Part shown: in pieces, positions 53,071-63,999 of the stretch
Layout of the letters: each line of letters opens with the position of its first letter
Position numbering within the stretch: the first letter of the stretch is position 1
IMG/VR virus record: IMGVR_UViG_3300021400_001346
Span: 32,001 to 96,000 of that record
DNA from: a virus
Taxonomy: Duplodnaviria; Caudoviricetes
DNA length: 64,000 nucleotides
Reading direction: 5' to 3' (one strand)
Made by a program: the position numbers and the translations under genes
The notes under the pieces: model-generated
Databases searched by the model: none
What the model was told of the DNA's origin: nothing
The model's input: only the letters and a program-made list of their open reading frames with translations

Positions 53071-54657
53071 CTATATGACTCCTTTTGAAACTAATTCTAA
53101 ATAATCATACAGTTTCTTATCATACTTTAAGAGACCATAATCAGCAATTGCTTTATAACTTGAGTCTGTAACAAACAAGTCTTCGCAATGGCAGGTGGCA
53201 AAATCAAAGTATCTAAATATTTTAACACAGTTCATTTCGCCGCGTCGATTTTTATATACGTCTATAACAATATTTGGCTCTTTTGTAAAACGACCCGCCT
53301 TTTGATTTTTTAATTCAGTCCAAATCGTTTCAATTTGTTTCTTTTCTTCGTCACCTAATCTAACACCAATTAAACCAATATCAATTTTATCGGCAATGGC
53401 TTTAGACCCTCTTAAACAGTTTTGGTCACGCAATCCTATTTCGCGTTTACTCCAGTTTTCATTCAACTGTGTGGCGCTTTGAATAAATACATTATATGTC
53501 ATCGCAATTTCTTTTAAAGTATTACTTAACATCATTAATGCTACATATTCTTTAACATCTGCACTTGCAAACTCTGTGATTAAACTTGGAGAAGTAAAAA
53601 TATAATCATAAAAGATATATTCTACATTATCTTGCACTATGTATTTTGTTAAACGCGCCTTAATCATGGCGATACTTGGGTCAGGAATACACTCAATAAT
53701 AAAATTACTTCCATACTTATCTATAATCTTGAGTGCCCTTTGAACTCTATCTAATTCGTCTGGTGAATAATTACCTAACAAAATAGTTTTTTCATTAACA
53801 CCGCTAACATATGCTAAAATTAAAGTTTGAATTTCATCTGCTTGCATTTCAGTTGCAACAAATAAAACTTTTTGATAATCTGCGCCGTCTTCTCCACGCA
53901 CCACGACATGGCCATCTTTATCAATATATGGCATACTAATCGCGCATGCGTTGCCGACCATATAACGAGTTTTACCTGAACCTGATGGTGCACTATAAAT
54001 ATATAATTTGCCAAGTCTGGCTCCTCTCGCGGCCCAATTTATTATATCGCCGTCAAGTGGCAATCCGACTTCTGGATGCGCCTGTAATTCGGCAACCAAG
54101 TCTCTTAAACCCGCAGATGCTGGTTGAGATGTTCCTTGGTCCTTTCCAATATGTCTATTTTCAATATCAACTACTTCACTACGCAATGTCTCCAGAATCG
54201 AATTAATCGACATACGATTTAATTTTTCATCTTCGATATCACGATTTAAAGTATTCGCCGTATTGTAAAAATTAGAAGTGTCAATACCAAGACTTTCTAA
54301 ATCTCTCAGTACTGAAAACTTTTTGACTCTTGCATAATAATAGTCAAATTGCTTTTCGTCACTTCCTTCGGCAGTTTGATAACATTGAGTTACATACTCG
54401 TAGCCTTTATTTTCTTTATAATATGTATATTGTCCGTCGTATTGATGTATATATAAATCTACATCTTGCGGCGTAATTTTTTCGACTCCTTGGTTTGCCA
54501 TATTAAAAATGGCATAAAATATTATTTGTTCCAAAGGTTTATAAAAGTCCGTCTTTACAAATGCATATCTCTCATCTTGTAATAAAAGCGGCTTTCTCAT
54601 TAAACAACTAAGTACATACAATGAAGCACTGGAGTCGAAGAGGTCTTTAGTTATCAT
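53071..54657 (-). CDS. dnaB: DnaB-like replicative helicase
   Basis: SAPSGSGKT, ATEM, FYDYI, ATQLN, LRGSKAIADKID, KNRRG. Confidence 0.92.
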   Translation of the reverse strand: MITKDLFDSSASLYVLSCLMRKPLLLQDERYAFVKTDFYKPLEQIIFYAIFNMANQGVEKITPQDVDLYIHQYDGQYTYYKENKGYEYVTQCYQTAEGSDEKQFDYYYARVKKFSVLRDLESLGIDTSNFYNTANTLNRDIEDEKLNRMSINSILETLRSEVVDIENRHIGKDQGTSQPASAGLRDLVAELQAHPEVGLPLDGDIINWAARGARLGKLYIYSAPSGSGKTRYMVGNACAISMPYIDKDGHVVVRGEDGADYQKVLFVATEMQADEIQTLILAYVSGVNEKTILLGNYSPDELDRVQRALKIIDKYGSNFIIECIPDPSIAMIKARLTKYIVQDNVEYIFYDYIFTSPSLITEFASADVKEYVALMMLSNTLKEIAMTYNVFIQSATQLNENWSKREIGLRDQNCLRGSKAIADKIDIGLIGVRLGDEEKKQIETIWTELKNQKAGRFTKEPNIVIDVYKNRRGEMNCVKIFRYFDFATCHCEDLFVTDSSYKAIADYGLLKYDKKLYDYLELVSKGVI

Positions 54658-55066
54658 ACTTATCTACTCCTTCGACATGAATTTCATTCATATCTAATTG
54701 TTTAGGTTGTCTCTTTTTATGTTCTAATGATTTTATGTTGAATATTATATTATTGTCTTGATACTCTACTATCTTTTTTGCCTCGATAGCTTGATTTCGT
54801 TGGTCAAGTTCCAACTTTTTAAAATACTTATCAACTTCTTCTCTTATAGACGCAAAGATTTTAACGCCGTAAAGTGGTGATATCTCTTTCTGCGCTACTT
54901 CCACATACCAAACGGCGCAACGTGCAACTTCTTTTAACGTAAAATTATCATCTAATACTAATGAATTAATTTGACGTTTAATCATATTAGGGAGCGGGCC
55001 GCTTAGACCCATATACTCCCTAATTAAATCTTCTACATAAGTTCTAGTTATTAGAGTTTCTTCCAT
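54647..55066 (-). CDS. Hypothetical replication-module protein
   Basis: ORF overlapping both neighbours. Confidence 0.6.
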   Translation of the reverse strand: MEETLITRTYVEDLIREYMGLSGPLPNMIKRQINSLVLDDNFTLKEVARCAVWYVEVAQKEISPLYGVKIFASIREEVDKYFKKLELDQRNQAIEAKKIVEYQDNNIIFNIKSLEHKKRQPKQLDMNEIHVEGVDKYDN

Positions 55067-55817
55067 TAAGAGCTGCCTCAATTTCGCCTAAGAAATAAGA
55101 AACCTTTTGCATATTGGCGCAGTCTTCTGTGAAGGTTGTTGTTGATAATTTTTTACCTGGGAATAATTTTGTAACATATGCAACAATTGCGTTACTTGCA
55201 TTTTTATCTTTTTGTCCGCTGGCAATAATTTGAATAACATGTTCTTTAAGTTTTTCAAAATCTGCTTCTGAAAGTGTTTGACAATTATAATTATCTGCGG
55301 CTACTGCAATACCATCGAAATCAATTGCCATTTTGACTTTTTCATCTTCTGGTAAATCTTCACCTGCATAAATATATAATCCTAAGCCATGTCTTGCACA
55401 TACTTTAACAAATGCTCTTTGTAAAGCCTTATTAACTGCGGTTGAAGTAACAACTTCGGCACGGATAGCATTTTGTTTGTTATCCATAACTGGAAGATAT
55501 TCAATATATTGACGATTATCAATAGTTAAACCAACTTTAACATAACAAGTTTTTCCATCTGTAAAATATGGAACTTCGTTAGTTGTTTCTTCAACGGTTA
55601 CTGATTCATAACCATCTGCTATACTTTTAGTAGTAGTAGTTGAAGTTACTTCTCTGGTAAAAATTGTATAAACGGCATCGGGATATCTTTTCATGATTTC
55701 TCCCCATGCGTATGCCCAACTTAAATATGTTAAACCTATTTTTTCTTTTGTCTTATCTTTTAAACTAATTGAATTTAATATATCAAAACTGGTTAATTTC
55801 TTTTCTTCGCCTGTCAT
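55044..55817 (-). CDS. Single-strand annealing protein (DUF1071/Sak-like)
   Basis: LTYLSWAYAW, YLPVMD, QRAFVK..ARHGLGLYIYAGEDLP. Confidence 0.88.
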   Translation of the reverse strand: MTGEEKKLTSFDILNSISLKDKTKEKIGLTYLSWAYAWGEIMKRYPDAVYTIFTREVTSTTTTKSIADGYESVTVEETTNEVPYFTDGKTCYVKVGLTIDNRQYIEYLPVMDNKQNAIRAEVVTSTAVNKALQRAFVKVCARHGLGLYIYAGEDLPEDEKVKMAIDFDGIAVAADNYNCQTLSEADFEKLKEHVIQIIASGQKDKNASNAIVAYVTKLFPGKKLSTTTFTEDCANMQKVSYFLGEIEAALNGRNSNN

Positions 55818-55876
55818 TTTTATTCTCCTTTATTAAATAAGTCTAACGAATAAGCGGCGGTGTTATTTTCCACCGC

Positions 55877-56761
55877 TTAAATTAAACTAGCTTGTCTAGC
55901 ACTAATTGTTTTACTTGCAGGAACTTCAGTGTTGTCTCCAGCTGCGGCGCTATTAGCAGCATTTGCTTCTAATTCTTTACCTTCAGCCTTATAAGAATTG
56001 ACTAAACTATTGATAATAGGTCTTCCATATTGTCTATTATCTGTAATAACTGTTGAACCGCTTTCAATGAAGTAGTTATTTTGTTTATTAGTGTATGTTC
56101 TTGTAACTGGTGTACCGAAAGCTGCATTGTCGTCTTGAACAGTAACTTGTTCAACTTTGAAGATTAATGAACCACTGAATTGAACAGTATCACCGGCTTG
56201 GTATAATTTTTGAATACTATTAACAACATCAGTTCTTGCTGGATCAACGTGAAGAGTGAATAAACTCATCTTGTCACCTGCATAATTTGCTTGAGCAAGT
56301 CCTAAATCATAACGATAAATTTCGTTTTCTTTATTTTTCTTTTCAGTTAAAGTTGTAACAATGAATCCACCTAAAATGAAACGAGCGACATCTGGTTCAG
56401 TAACTACAACGCCTTTAACGAAGTTGCCTGATAATTGAGTTGCAGATGCTAATTGTTTTGTTTTAGTGCTGAAGAATCTGTTTTCTCTTAATGAACCATC
56501 AATTTGAACTTTCTTGCCAACTAATGAACCCATTTTAGAATAAGATTCATAAAGTTTATTTGGAGTTTTATCTGCTTTTAATTGATTTGAGTAGAATCTA
56601 ACTGGATATTCACAATGAATACCGTTAATTTCTGCACCAACAAGTGCTTCTACTGAAATGTAACCAGCTCCATCTGATTTCTTATTACCATACTTAATTT
56701 GTGCATCTAGTAATGTTCCAACGATTGTAAATGAGTTTTCTCTGTAAAATGTGTCTGCCAT
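55877..56761 (-). CDS. Putative ssDNA-binding protein (tandem OB-like)
   Basis: ENSFTIVGTL.., VQIDGSLRENRF; adjacent to the SSAP; biased codons. Confidence 0.6.
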   Translation of the reverse strand: MADTFYRENSFTIVGTLLDAQIKYGNKKSDGAGYISVEALVGAEINGIHCEYPVRFYSNQLKADKTPNKLYESYSKMGSLVGKKVQIDGSLRENRFFSTKTKQLASATQLSGNFVKGVVVTEPDVARFILGGFIVTTLTEKKNKENEIYRYDLGLAQANYAGDKMSLFTLHVDPARTDVVNSIQKLYQAGDTVQFSGSLIFKVEQVTVQDDNAAFGTPVTRTYTNKQNNYFIESGSTVITDNRQYGRPIINSLVNSYKAEGKELEANAANSAAAGDNTEVPASKTISARQASLI

Positions 56762-56844
56762 AATTTCTCCTTTTTAATTTTCTCTTTTAATTATTCTAGC
56801 AAAGTTTTTTCTTTTGCGCAAGCTACATTTCAATTGCGCAGAAG

Positions 56845-57114
56845 TTAATTTTGATATGAACGACCAAAGTCGGTCAATAAATATGTTTGATATTCTTTAG
56901 GTTTTGTTTCGCCCTTAATATTAGTAAAGTTTCTAGTGATAGGGTCTCCCTTTTGGACTAGTTTTCTGTTTACTAAAGAGTTAAGGACAGGATAAATACC
57001 TTTAATTCCTGTTGCATCAGCGATGTCTTTTCCAACTAATAATTCGTCATGCCCTTGCATATATTCAAGAACAACCTTACCATTATCAGTTAAAATAATC
57101 TTATCATCATTCAT
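56845..57114 (-). CDS. Small winged-helix-like protein, 89 aa
   Basis: LTDNGKVVLEYM..GKDIADATGIKGIYPVLNSLVNRKLV..TYLLTDFG. Confidence 0.7.
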   Translation of the reverse strand: MNDDKIILTDNGKVVLEYMQGHDELLVGKDIADATGIKGIYPVLNSLVNRKLVQKGDPITRNFTNIKGETKPKEYQTYLLTDFGRSYQN

Positions 57115-57216
57115 GCTTGTGTCTCCTTTTAATATTTTGTCTTATTAATACTATGTAGCGAGTAATTAACAAATACATTATATTAATGTAAATGGGCTTA
57201 GTCAATATTGTTTTGC

Positions 57217-59460
57217 TTAAATAATATCTTCTAGTACCCTGTTAGTGATAAGCGCTCCAGTCGCAGTTTTACTCTTAATGGATACTTTATCGCGGCTAAT
57301 TGATAATACTTTGCCGCCTTTCAAGATACCATAAATAGTATCTCTACCATTGACAAAAGGTTTAATCCATTTAGTTTTTTCAAGAACGAGCTGTCCTTTA
57401 TTTCCGCGGCTATCGACTCCAAAGTCTTGAACGGCGGTTAATTTACCTTTGCGGTCGTCGGTTACCATTAATAAGTAATCTTGGTTGTTAACTGCCATTG
57501 CGGCCACAATGTTGGTGAATCCGGTTTTTACACCAAGCGTAAGTCTGCCTGCAACTGGCAAGTCTTTAACTGCCAACTTTAAGATATGTTCAGCGCCGTC
57601 ATATAACACAATAAAGTCATTATCGTCTACAAATCCAACGAAAACTAAGCTATCGTTTTCTTTGAGTTTCATAACCTTATCGGCCTTTTTAAGTTTATAA
57701 TCACTAACTAAACTAACTTTAATATTACCATTTTTGGTAACTGCTACCAATTTGTCTTTTGAACTATCGTGAACCGTAGCGCCGCGAATAATTACGCCGC
57801 TGTAGTTATTAACAGGTGCAAATTGTTCTTTATCATATACAAAGATGTCATCTGTTGAATAAGCAAAGACGATGTCTTTTAAGCAACTGCCGAGATCCGC
57901 GATGGAGTTAGTACTACTATGTACACCGTCATCAAAGATTTTCCATTCTTTGCGGATAACAATTGGTGCGGTGGCACTATTATTGCTTACTTCTTCAAGA
58001 GGACGGCGATAAACAATTTCGGTTAAACGCTTATCTTCGCCAACAACTTTCTTAATCTCTGCCAAATCAGCACGAATTACTTTATAACGTTCTTGTTCAT
58101 CTGTAATGATTTTGTTTAATTTGGCAAGTTGTTCTTCTAAATCACTACGAGTTTGATTTAATTCCTTAATGTCAAGTCGATTTAGGCGGCTTAATTTCAT
58201 ATCTAAAACCGCATTGGCTTGTTCTTCATTAAGTTCAAAAGTCTTCATAAGCGATTGTAGAGCCGCAATTCTACTTGGGGCATTGCGGACAATTTGAACA
58301 AGTAAATCAATATCACTCATACATTTTTGTAAGCCAAGAGTAATAGTTAGTTTATGATTAGTCTTGTCGTAGTCTGTTTGGGCAATCTTTCTAATGATGC
58401 CGCTACGATAGTTTACCCAATACTCTATCATCTGTTTAAGATTAAGAATACGAGGTTCACCATTAATGATAAGGGTTTGGTTAATTTTTACTGTTTCTGC
58501 GAGTCTTGTTTTTGTCATTAAGAGATTTAAACATTCTTGAATGTTAGCGTCTTTACTTAATACAACAACAATATCTACACGCCCCATATCATCTTTCTTT
58601 AAGGTGTAAATATTTTGAAATGCTTCATAACCATCTTCTAAAATTAATTTTTTAAGAGGCGCCTTAACACCGTCTTCAACATTAACCCCATAAGGAAGGT
58701 CATGAAAGGTAATTAATGTTTCTTTTCCTTGTTTAGAAATATCATAATGTGCGGTCATTTTTACATTGCCGCGACCAGTAGAATATATATTTAACAATTC
58801 ATCGCCATTAGTAATGATACCGCCAGTTGGAAAATCAGGACCTTTAATATATTGCATTAAATCAATGATTTTACAATCTGGGTGCGCCATATAATAATTA
58901 ATGGCGTCTGCTACTTCTGTAAAGTTATGCGATACCAAATTACTGCCCATACCAACTGCAATGCCTTCATTATTGCCGCAAAGTAAATAAGGGAATTTAG
59001 AAGGTAAAGTAACTGGTTCTTGCAATGTGCCATCATAATTTGGCTTCCAGTTAATACAATTCTTATCAAGGTCTTCAAGCATTAACATACCGATTTCACT
59101 TAAACGGCATTCTGTATATCTTGAAGCCGCAGGTCCGTCACCTAAAACGTTACCAGCATTACCTTGAATATAAACTAATGGATATCTTAATTTCCACCAT
59201 TGTCCTAAACGAACTAATGCACCATAAGCAGATGCATCGCCATGAGGGGAATACTTCATGGCGGAACCTACCTCAGTCGCACATTTTTTAGTTTTCTTAT
59301 CGGCATACACTTTATCTTCATATAAAGTATAAAGTATTTTACGATGAATTGGCTTTAAATTATCTTCTGCGTATGGAATTGCACGGCTTTTAATAACACT
59401 ATTGGCATAAACAAGAAAATCATTTTTACTACGTTCGTTTAAAAGATTTTCATTAGCCAT
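57217..59460 (-). CDS. gyrA: Type IIA topoisomerase subunit A (GyrA/ParC)
   Basis: DNLKPIHRKILY, PHGD, AASRYTE (catalytic Tyr), GPDFPTGG, C-terminal blade repeats. Confidence 0.92.
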   Translation of the reverse strand: MANENLLNERSKNDFLVYANSVIKSRAIPYAEDNLKPIHRKILYTLYEDKVYADKKTKKCATEVGSAMKYSPHGDASAYGALVRLGQWWKLRYPLVYIQGNAGNVLGDGPAASRYTECRLSEIGMLMLEDLDKNCINWKPNYDGTLQEPVTLPSKFPYLLCGNNEGIAVGMGSNLVSHNFTEVADAINYYMAHPDCKIIDLMQYIKGPDFPTGGIITNGDELLNIYSTGRGNVKMTAHYDISKQGKETLITFHDLPYGVNVEDGVKAPLKKLILEDGYEAFQNIYTLKKDDMGRVDIVVVLSKDANIQECLNLLMTKTRLAETVKINQTLIINGEPRILNLKQMIEYWVNYRSGIIRKIAQTDYDKTNHKLTITLGLQKCMSDIDLLVQIVRNAPSRIAALQSLMKTFELNEEQANAVLDMKLSRLNRLDIKELNQTRSDLEEQLAKLNKIITDEQERYKVIRADLAEIKKVVGEDKRLTEIVYRRPLEEVSNNSATAPIVIRKEWKIFDDGVHSSTNSIADLGSCLKDIVFAYSTDDIFVYDKEQFAPVNNYSGVIIRGATVHDSSKDKLVAVTKNGNIKVSLVSDYKLKKADKVMKLKENDSLVFVGFVDDNDFIVLYDGAEHILKLAVKDLPVAGRLTLGVKTGFTNIVAAMAVNNQDYLLMVTDDRKGKLTAVQDFGVDSRGNKGQLVLEKTKWIKPFVNGRDTIYGILKGGKVLSISRDKVSIKSKTATGALITNRVLEDII

Positions 59461-59462
59461 GG

Positions 59463-59705
59463 TTATTCTCCTTTCTTTTCAGCAGCCGCCTTCGCAGCCT
59501 CTTCTTGTAATTTAAAAAGTTCTGTAACTGTAACAACTCTACCGTCATCTAATTTAATAGATACATGGTCCTCAAGAAGACAAAGTCTTTGATTAAGAAC
59601 ATTGATAAAAGATATTAAAACTGAAACAGGGGTATCTGGTCCCAAGTTAATATCTTTCCAACTTTGAGGGGCGGTTGATTGTTGTTGTTGTTTATTTTCT
59701 TCCAT
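59463..59705 (-). CDS. Hypothetical protein, 80 aa, between gyrB and gyrA
   Basis: ORF with AAGGAG RBS. Confidence 0.6.
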   Translation of the reverse strand: MEENKQQQQSTAPQSWKDINLGPDTPVSVLISFINVLNQRLCLLEDHVSIKLDDGRVVTVTELFKLQEEAAKAAAEKKGE

Positions 59706-59759
59706 ATTATTATGCTCCTTTATATTATTATATGTTTGTCAATTCTTATTGTCAATAAA

Positions 59760-61700
59760 TTATTCTATATCATCGTCATCATATTCTTCTTCAAAAAGGT
59801 CATCATCACCTTTAATTGATGATAATCTGTTTTGAATAATGAAATCACGACGTAATTGTGCACTTTTACCCATTAAACTGTCGTATAAGTCTAGTGTGGC
59901 TTGCATGTCGTCAGTTGTTAACTGGACTAAATGACGATTAGCAGGGTCCATGGTCGTTGAGTAGAGTTCTTCCGCGTCCATTTCGCCCAATCCTTTGTAC
60001 CTTGTGATCTCGCATTTGTGGCTTTTGATATATTTTCGATATTCTGCATTGTCTTCGTACCAATATTTAGTTCCATCACGAGCCGCGACGGTTCTATATA
60101 ATGGAGGTGTGGCCGCGTAAACTTTGCCAGCCTCGACTAATTCAGGCAGATGATGTAAAAATAGTGTCATGAGTAAAAGTTCTATATGTTTCCCATCTGA
60201 GTCAGCATCCGTTAATATAATTAGCTTATCATATCTTAAATTTTTAATGTTGAAGTATTCACCGACGCCGCACCCCAAGCAATTTAAGATACCTTGTATG
60301 ATTTCACTTTTGATTGCATCTGCTAATTCTAGGCTAGTGCAATTTTTAATCTTGCCTCTTAAAGGAAGCACTGCCTGATTTTTTGCTTTACTGAGCTTAA
60401 GATTGCCTGCTGCTGAATCACCTTCACAGAAGAATAATTCCGCATTGTTGAAATCAATAGCATCGCATAACTTCTCTGGTAAATCTCTTAAACTATTAAG
60501 ATTTTTACCGCCTTTTGTAATTTTTTCTTGGGCTTCACGTTTTCTCGCGGCGGCATCTTCAGCCTTTTGCTCAATCATAATCTTCTTAAAGATTTGTTCA
60601 CCAACTTTCTTTTCAAAAGTTAATTGCCCAACGGCTTGACTGCACCATTTACGGGCTTCAGGTGAATTTAAAGTAAGTTTAGTTTGTTCACCGAATAAAG
60701 GACGTGTACTCATCTTAATAGATAAAACCAATACTAATCCTTTACGAACAATATCGCCGCTAAAGTTTTTATCCTTATCTTTAAGAATTTCTAACTCACG
60801 CGCGGTTTTATTTATTAATGATGTATAAGCGGTTTTCCAACCTGTAACGTGTGTACCATCGTTTGGTGTGTAGCCGCCATTGACGAAGGAATAAATGGTT
60901 TCAAATGCCTTGTCGCAATAGGCAAAAGCCATTTCAACTTCGCAGGTGCCTTTATCATCGCTCACGGTAGTCTTGAAGTAATTTGGGTCGGTTAGCATGG
61001 TTAGACCGGCGCATTTTATCTTTAGCATATCTTTGATGCCGTTAGAATAGCAGAAGGTATTTCTCTTTTTACCATCTGCCCAAAGTTCAAAGGTAATGCC
61101 ATTATTTAAGAGTGCGTGTAATTGCAATTCGTCAGCAATACGATTAAGATCCCACTTATTATCATTACCAAAAACGGTAGCATCTGGTATAAAACTAACA
61201 ATTGTGCCGCTTGTGTGTCCTTTGGCGGGTTCAATGAATGGGTCATCGTCATAACTGCCGTCAAACACTTCAAACTTACAATGTTCGTCATCTCTCCAAA
61301 CTTCTATAGAAAATTCAGATGAGAGTGCGTTAGTTACGGTGGCACCAACACCATTTAGACCAAGAGAACTTTTATAGTTACCTTGTCCAGTGAATTTACC
61401 TCCTGAATGAAGGTTAGTACACATTTCAATTATCGCCCATTGACCACTTGCGTTGCGGCGGAATGGAATACCACGACCGTTATCAATAACAGTAGCTCGA
61501 TTTTCTTCTGTATTGATTTTTACGGTAATTAATTTACCATATCCCGCGGCGGCTTCGTCCATAGCATTGGCTACGATTTCAGTAAGCAGATGGTGTAAAC
61601 CATTAGAGTCTGCTGCACCGATATACATACCTAAACTTTCTCGTGCCGCTTGTCGATAGTCAAGAGTGATGATTGAATTTTCATCATACTTTTGTATCAT
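59760..61700 (-). CDS. gyrB: Type IIA topoisomerase subunit B (GyrB/ParE)
   Basis: GMYIG, EIVANAMDE, DNGRGIP, LHSGGKF, EGDSA, PLRGK, TDADSDG, RYKGLGEM. Confidence 0.93.
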   Translation of the reverse strand: MIQKYDENSIITLDYRQAARESLGMYIGAADSNGLHHLLTEIVANAMDEAAAGYGKLITVKINTEENRATVIDNGRGIPFRRNASGQWAIIEMCTNLHSGGKFTGQGNYKSSLGLNGVGATVTNALSSEFSIEVWRDDEHCKFEVFDGSYDDDPFIEPAKGHTSGTIVSFIPDATVFGNDNKWDLNRIADELQLHALLNNGITFELWADGKKRNTFCYSNGIKDMLKIKCAGLTMLTDPNYFKTTVSDDKGTCEVEMAFAYCDKAFETIYSFVNGGYTPNDGTHVTGWKTAYTSLINKTARELEILKDKDKNFSGDIVRKGLVLVLSIKMSTRPLFGEQTKLTLNSPEARKWCSQAVGQLTFEKKVGEQIFKKIMIEQKAEDAAARKREAQEKITKGGKNLNSLRDLPEKLCDAIDFNNAELFFCEGDSAAGNLKLSKAKNQAVLPLRGKIKNCTSLELADAIKSEIIQGILNCLGCGVGEYFNIKNLRYDKLIILTDADSDGKHIELLLMTLFLHHLPELVEAGKVYAATPPLYRTVAARDGTKYWYEDNAEYRKYIKSHKCEITRYKGLGEMDAEELYSTTMDPANRHLVQLTTDDMQATLDLYDSLMGKSAQLRRDFIIQNRLSSIKGDDDLFEEEYDDDDIE

Positions 61701-61940
61701 ATCTATCTCCTTTAATAATAAATCATGTAAATAAAAAGTACCGGTTTAACGGTACTTATAGTCTGCCTTAAGTATGTGTATATTGATTAATGGTAAGTAA
61801 TGATTAATGATTAATCTCAACACCCTAATTCCTTTTTCCCGGTTCCCTAATTATATAGTAGTAAATTAAGCGACTTTTGTCAAGGAAAAGTTTATTAGTT
61901 AAGATAAAGATTTTAATTTTTGAGTTCAATTTGGCTTAAA

Positions 61941-63773
61941 TTATTCGTCAATTGGGTCCTTAAAGAGAATGTATAAGTCATCATCATACCACAAAAAGCG
62001 TGGAGAATTTTTAGTAGCCTGAATGGTTGTTGGATCGACATCTGAATATTCAACAAATTCGAAGATACCTGTTGGACCAATATCACCTTGCGCACCGGTT
62101 GGGCCTGTACTTCCTGTTGGACCAACACTGCCTGTAGCACCAGTTTGTCCAGTTGGACCGATATTACCTTGTTTACCTGTTGGGCCAATAGTACTAACGA
62201 ACACGGCATTACCACTTGGGTCATAGATATAGATGCCGTTCTCTGCTACTTCAATGCTGTAATTGGCTGGAGTTAAACCAGTTGGACCAATATCACCAGT
62301 TTCACCCTTTTCGCCCTTTTCACCAGTTGGACCAGTAGGACCTACATTTCCTTGAGGACCAGTTGGACCCATTAAACCTGTAGGACCAATATCTCCAGTT
62401 GGGCCAGTGTCACCTTTTGCGCCTGTAGGGCCTACGGTACTTACAAAGATGGCATTACCAGATGGATCGTATATGTAAATGCCACTATCTGTAGTTTCAA
62501 TTGAATATGATTCAGGAGTTAAACCTGTAGGACCAACACTGCCGGTTGGACCTTGAGGGCCTGTGTTTCCTTTCGCGCCTGTTGGACCAGTAGGACCGAC
62601 AGTAGAAACAAACACGGCTTGACCAGATGGGTCATATATATAGATACCATTATTAGTGGTTTCAATAGCATAAGAATCGGCACTTGGACCAGTTGGACCA
62701 ATACTACCAGTTGGACCAGTAGGACCTTTTTTACCTTGTGGACCAGTAGGACCGATACCGCCTGTTAATCCAGTTGGACCTCTTTCACCAGTTGGACCGA
62801 TTGGACCGGCGTTTCCTTTTGGACCTGTTGGACCTACACTACCAGTTGGACCAATGCTACCTGTTGGACCTGGTGCGCCAGTTCTACCTTGCGGACCAGT
62901 TGCACCTGTAGGACCTTGAGCGCCTGGAATACCAGTTGGACCAATAGCACCAGTATCACCTTTTATACCTCGTGCACCTGTTGGACCAGTATAACCTATT
63001 TGCCCTTGCGGACCTGTTGGACCAGGAACACCTTTTTCACCTTGTGGTCCTCTTATACCAGTTGCACCTGTAGCACCTATTGCACCTTGAGGACCAGTAG
63101 GACCTATTGGACCACTTTGTCCCGCGCTACCTTGCGGACCTGTTGGACCAATATTGCCTTGTTCGCCTTTAGGACCTGTAGGACCAATATCTCCAGTTGG
63201 ACCTTTTTTACCGTCAGAACCAGTTGGACCGGTTTTACCTATTGGACCCATTGCGCCAGTAGGACCGATTGCGCCAGTAGGACCGATTGCGCCAGTAGGG
63301 CCAGTGTCTCCTTGCATACCAATTGGTCCAGTGTCGCCTTGCGCACCGGTTGGACCGACGCTACCAGTTTCACCAGTTGGACCAACTTCACCTTGCGGAC
63401 CTGTTGGACCGATATCTCCAGCAGGACCAGTTGGACCGATGTCACCCTTTTGACCCGCGGAACCTGTAGGACCAGGTTGTCCTTGTGGACCCGTAGGACC
63501 GATTTCACCCGTTGGACCGATTGGGCCGCCATGAGGACCAGTTGGCCCCATTGGACCAGTAGGACCTAAACCACCAGGTTCACCTTTGTCTCCCTTAGGA
63601 CCTTGAGGACCTTGCGCGCCATTAATATATGTTGTAGAATGTAAAGAGGAAGTTTCACCTTCTTGCTGAAAAGAGCCGGTCACATGAACGGCTTGATGAA
63701 CATCAACTTTTTGGGTTTGTCTAATACTATTAAGTGTTATTAATTCAACTTGACGAGTAGATGTTTTATCCAT
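61941..63773 (-). CDS. Collagen-like (G-P-T) fibre protein, 610 aa
   Basis: Long Gly-X-Y run interrupted by three copies of SY(S/A)IE...[10 protein letters not shown](V/I)FVST. Confidence 0.88.
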   Translation of the reverse strand: MDKTSTRQVELITLNSIRQTQKVDVHQAVHVTGSFQQEGETSSLHSTTYINGAQGPQGPKGDKGEPGGLGPTGPMGPTGPHGGPIGPTGEIGPTGPQGQPGPTGSAGQKGDIGPTGPAGDIGPTGPQGEVGPTGETGSVGPTGAQGDTGPIGMQGDTGPTGAIGPTGAIGPTGAMGPIGKTGPTGSDGKKGPTGDIGPTGPKGEQGNIGPTGPQGSAGQSGPIGPTGPQGAIGATGATGIRGPQGEKGVPGPTGPQGQIGYTGPTGARGIKGDTGAIGPTGIPGAQGPTGATGPQGRTGAPGPTGSIGPTGSVGPTGPKGNAGPIGPTGERGPTGLTGGIGPTGPQGKKGPTGPTGSIGPTGPSADSYAIETTNNGIYIYDPSGQAVFVSTVGPTGPTGAKGNTGPQGPTGSVGPTGLTPESYSIETTDSGIYIYDPSGNAIFVSTVGPTGAKGDTGPTGDIGPTGLMGPTGPQGNVGPTGPTGEKGEKGETGDIGPTGLTPANYSIEVAENGIYIYDPSGNAVFVSTIGPTGKQGNIGPTGQTGATGSVGPTGSTGPTGAQGDIGPTGIFEFVEYSDVDPTTIQATKNSPRFLWYDDDLYILFKDPIDE

Positions 63774-63777
63774 ACTA

Positions 63778-63999
63778 CTATTCTCCTGAAGAAATTTCTA
63801 CGACATTAACTTTTCTTTTAACTACCAATTCACCATTATAAACAATGGTCCATACATCATCATTAGAAAAATGTACAGTAATATCATAAGAATATGTGCC
63901 AACTCTTAAAGTTTTAGTAGTTTCTGGGCTAAGAGTAACTGTCCAAACACCAGAATTGTTTGTACGTTGTTCACATTCTTTTTGTATATTTAATACTTT
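63778..63999 (-). CDS. 3' end of a BppU-N/Ig-like structural protein (partial)
   Basis: ..[24 protein letters not shown].. open to the window edge. Confidence 0.55.
   Translation of the reverse strand, partial: KVLNIQKECEQRTNNSGVWTVTLSPETTKTLRVGTYSYDITVHFSNDDVWTIVYNGELVVKRKVNVVEISSGE

Noticed and set aside
61913-63569. Alternative-frame and antisense ORFs over the collagen gene
   Set aside because: Artefacts of the Gly-Pro-Thr repeat
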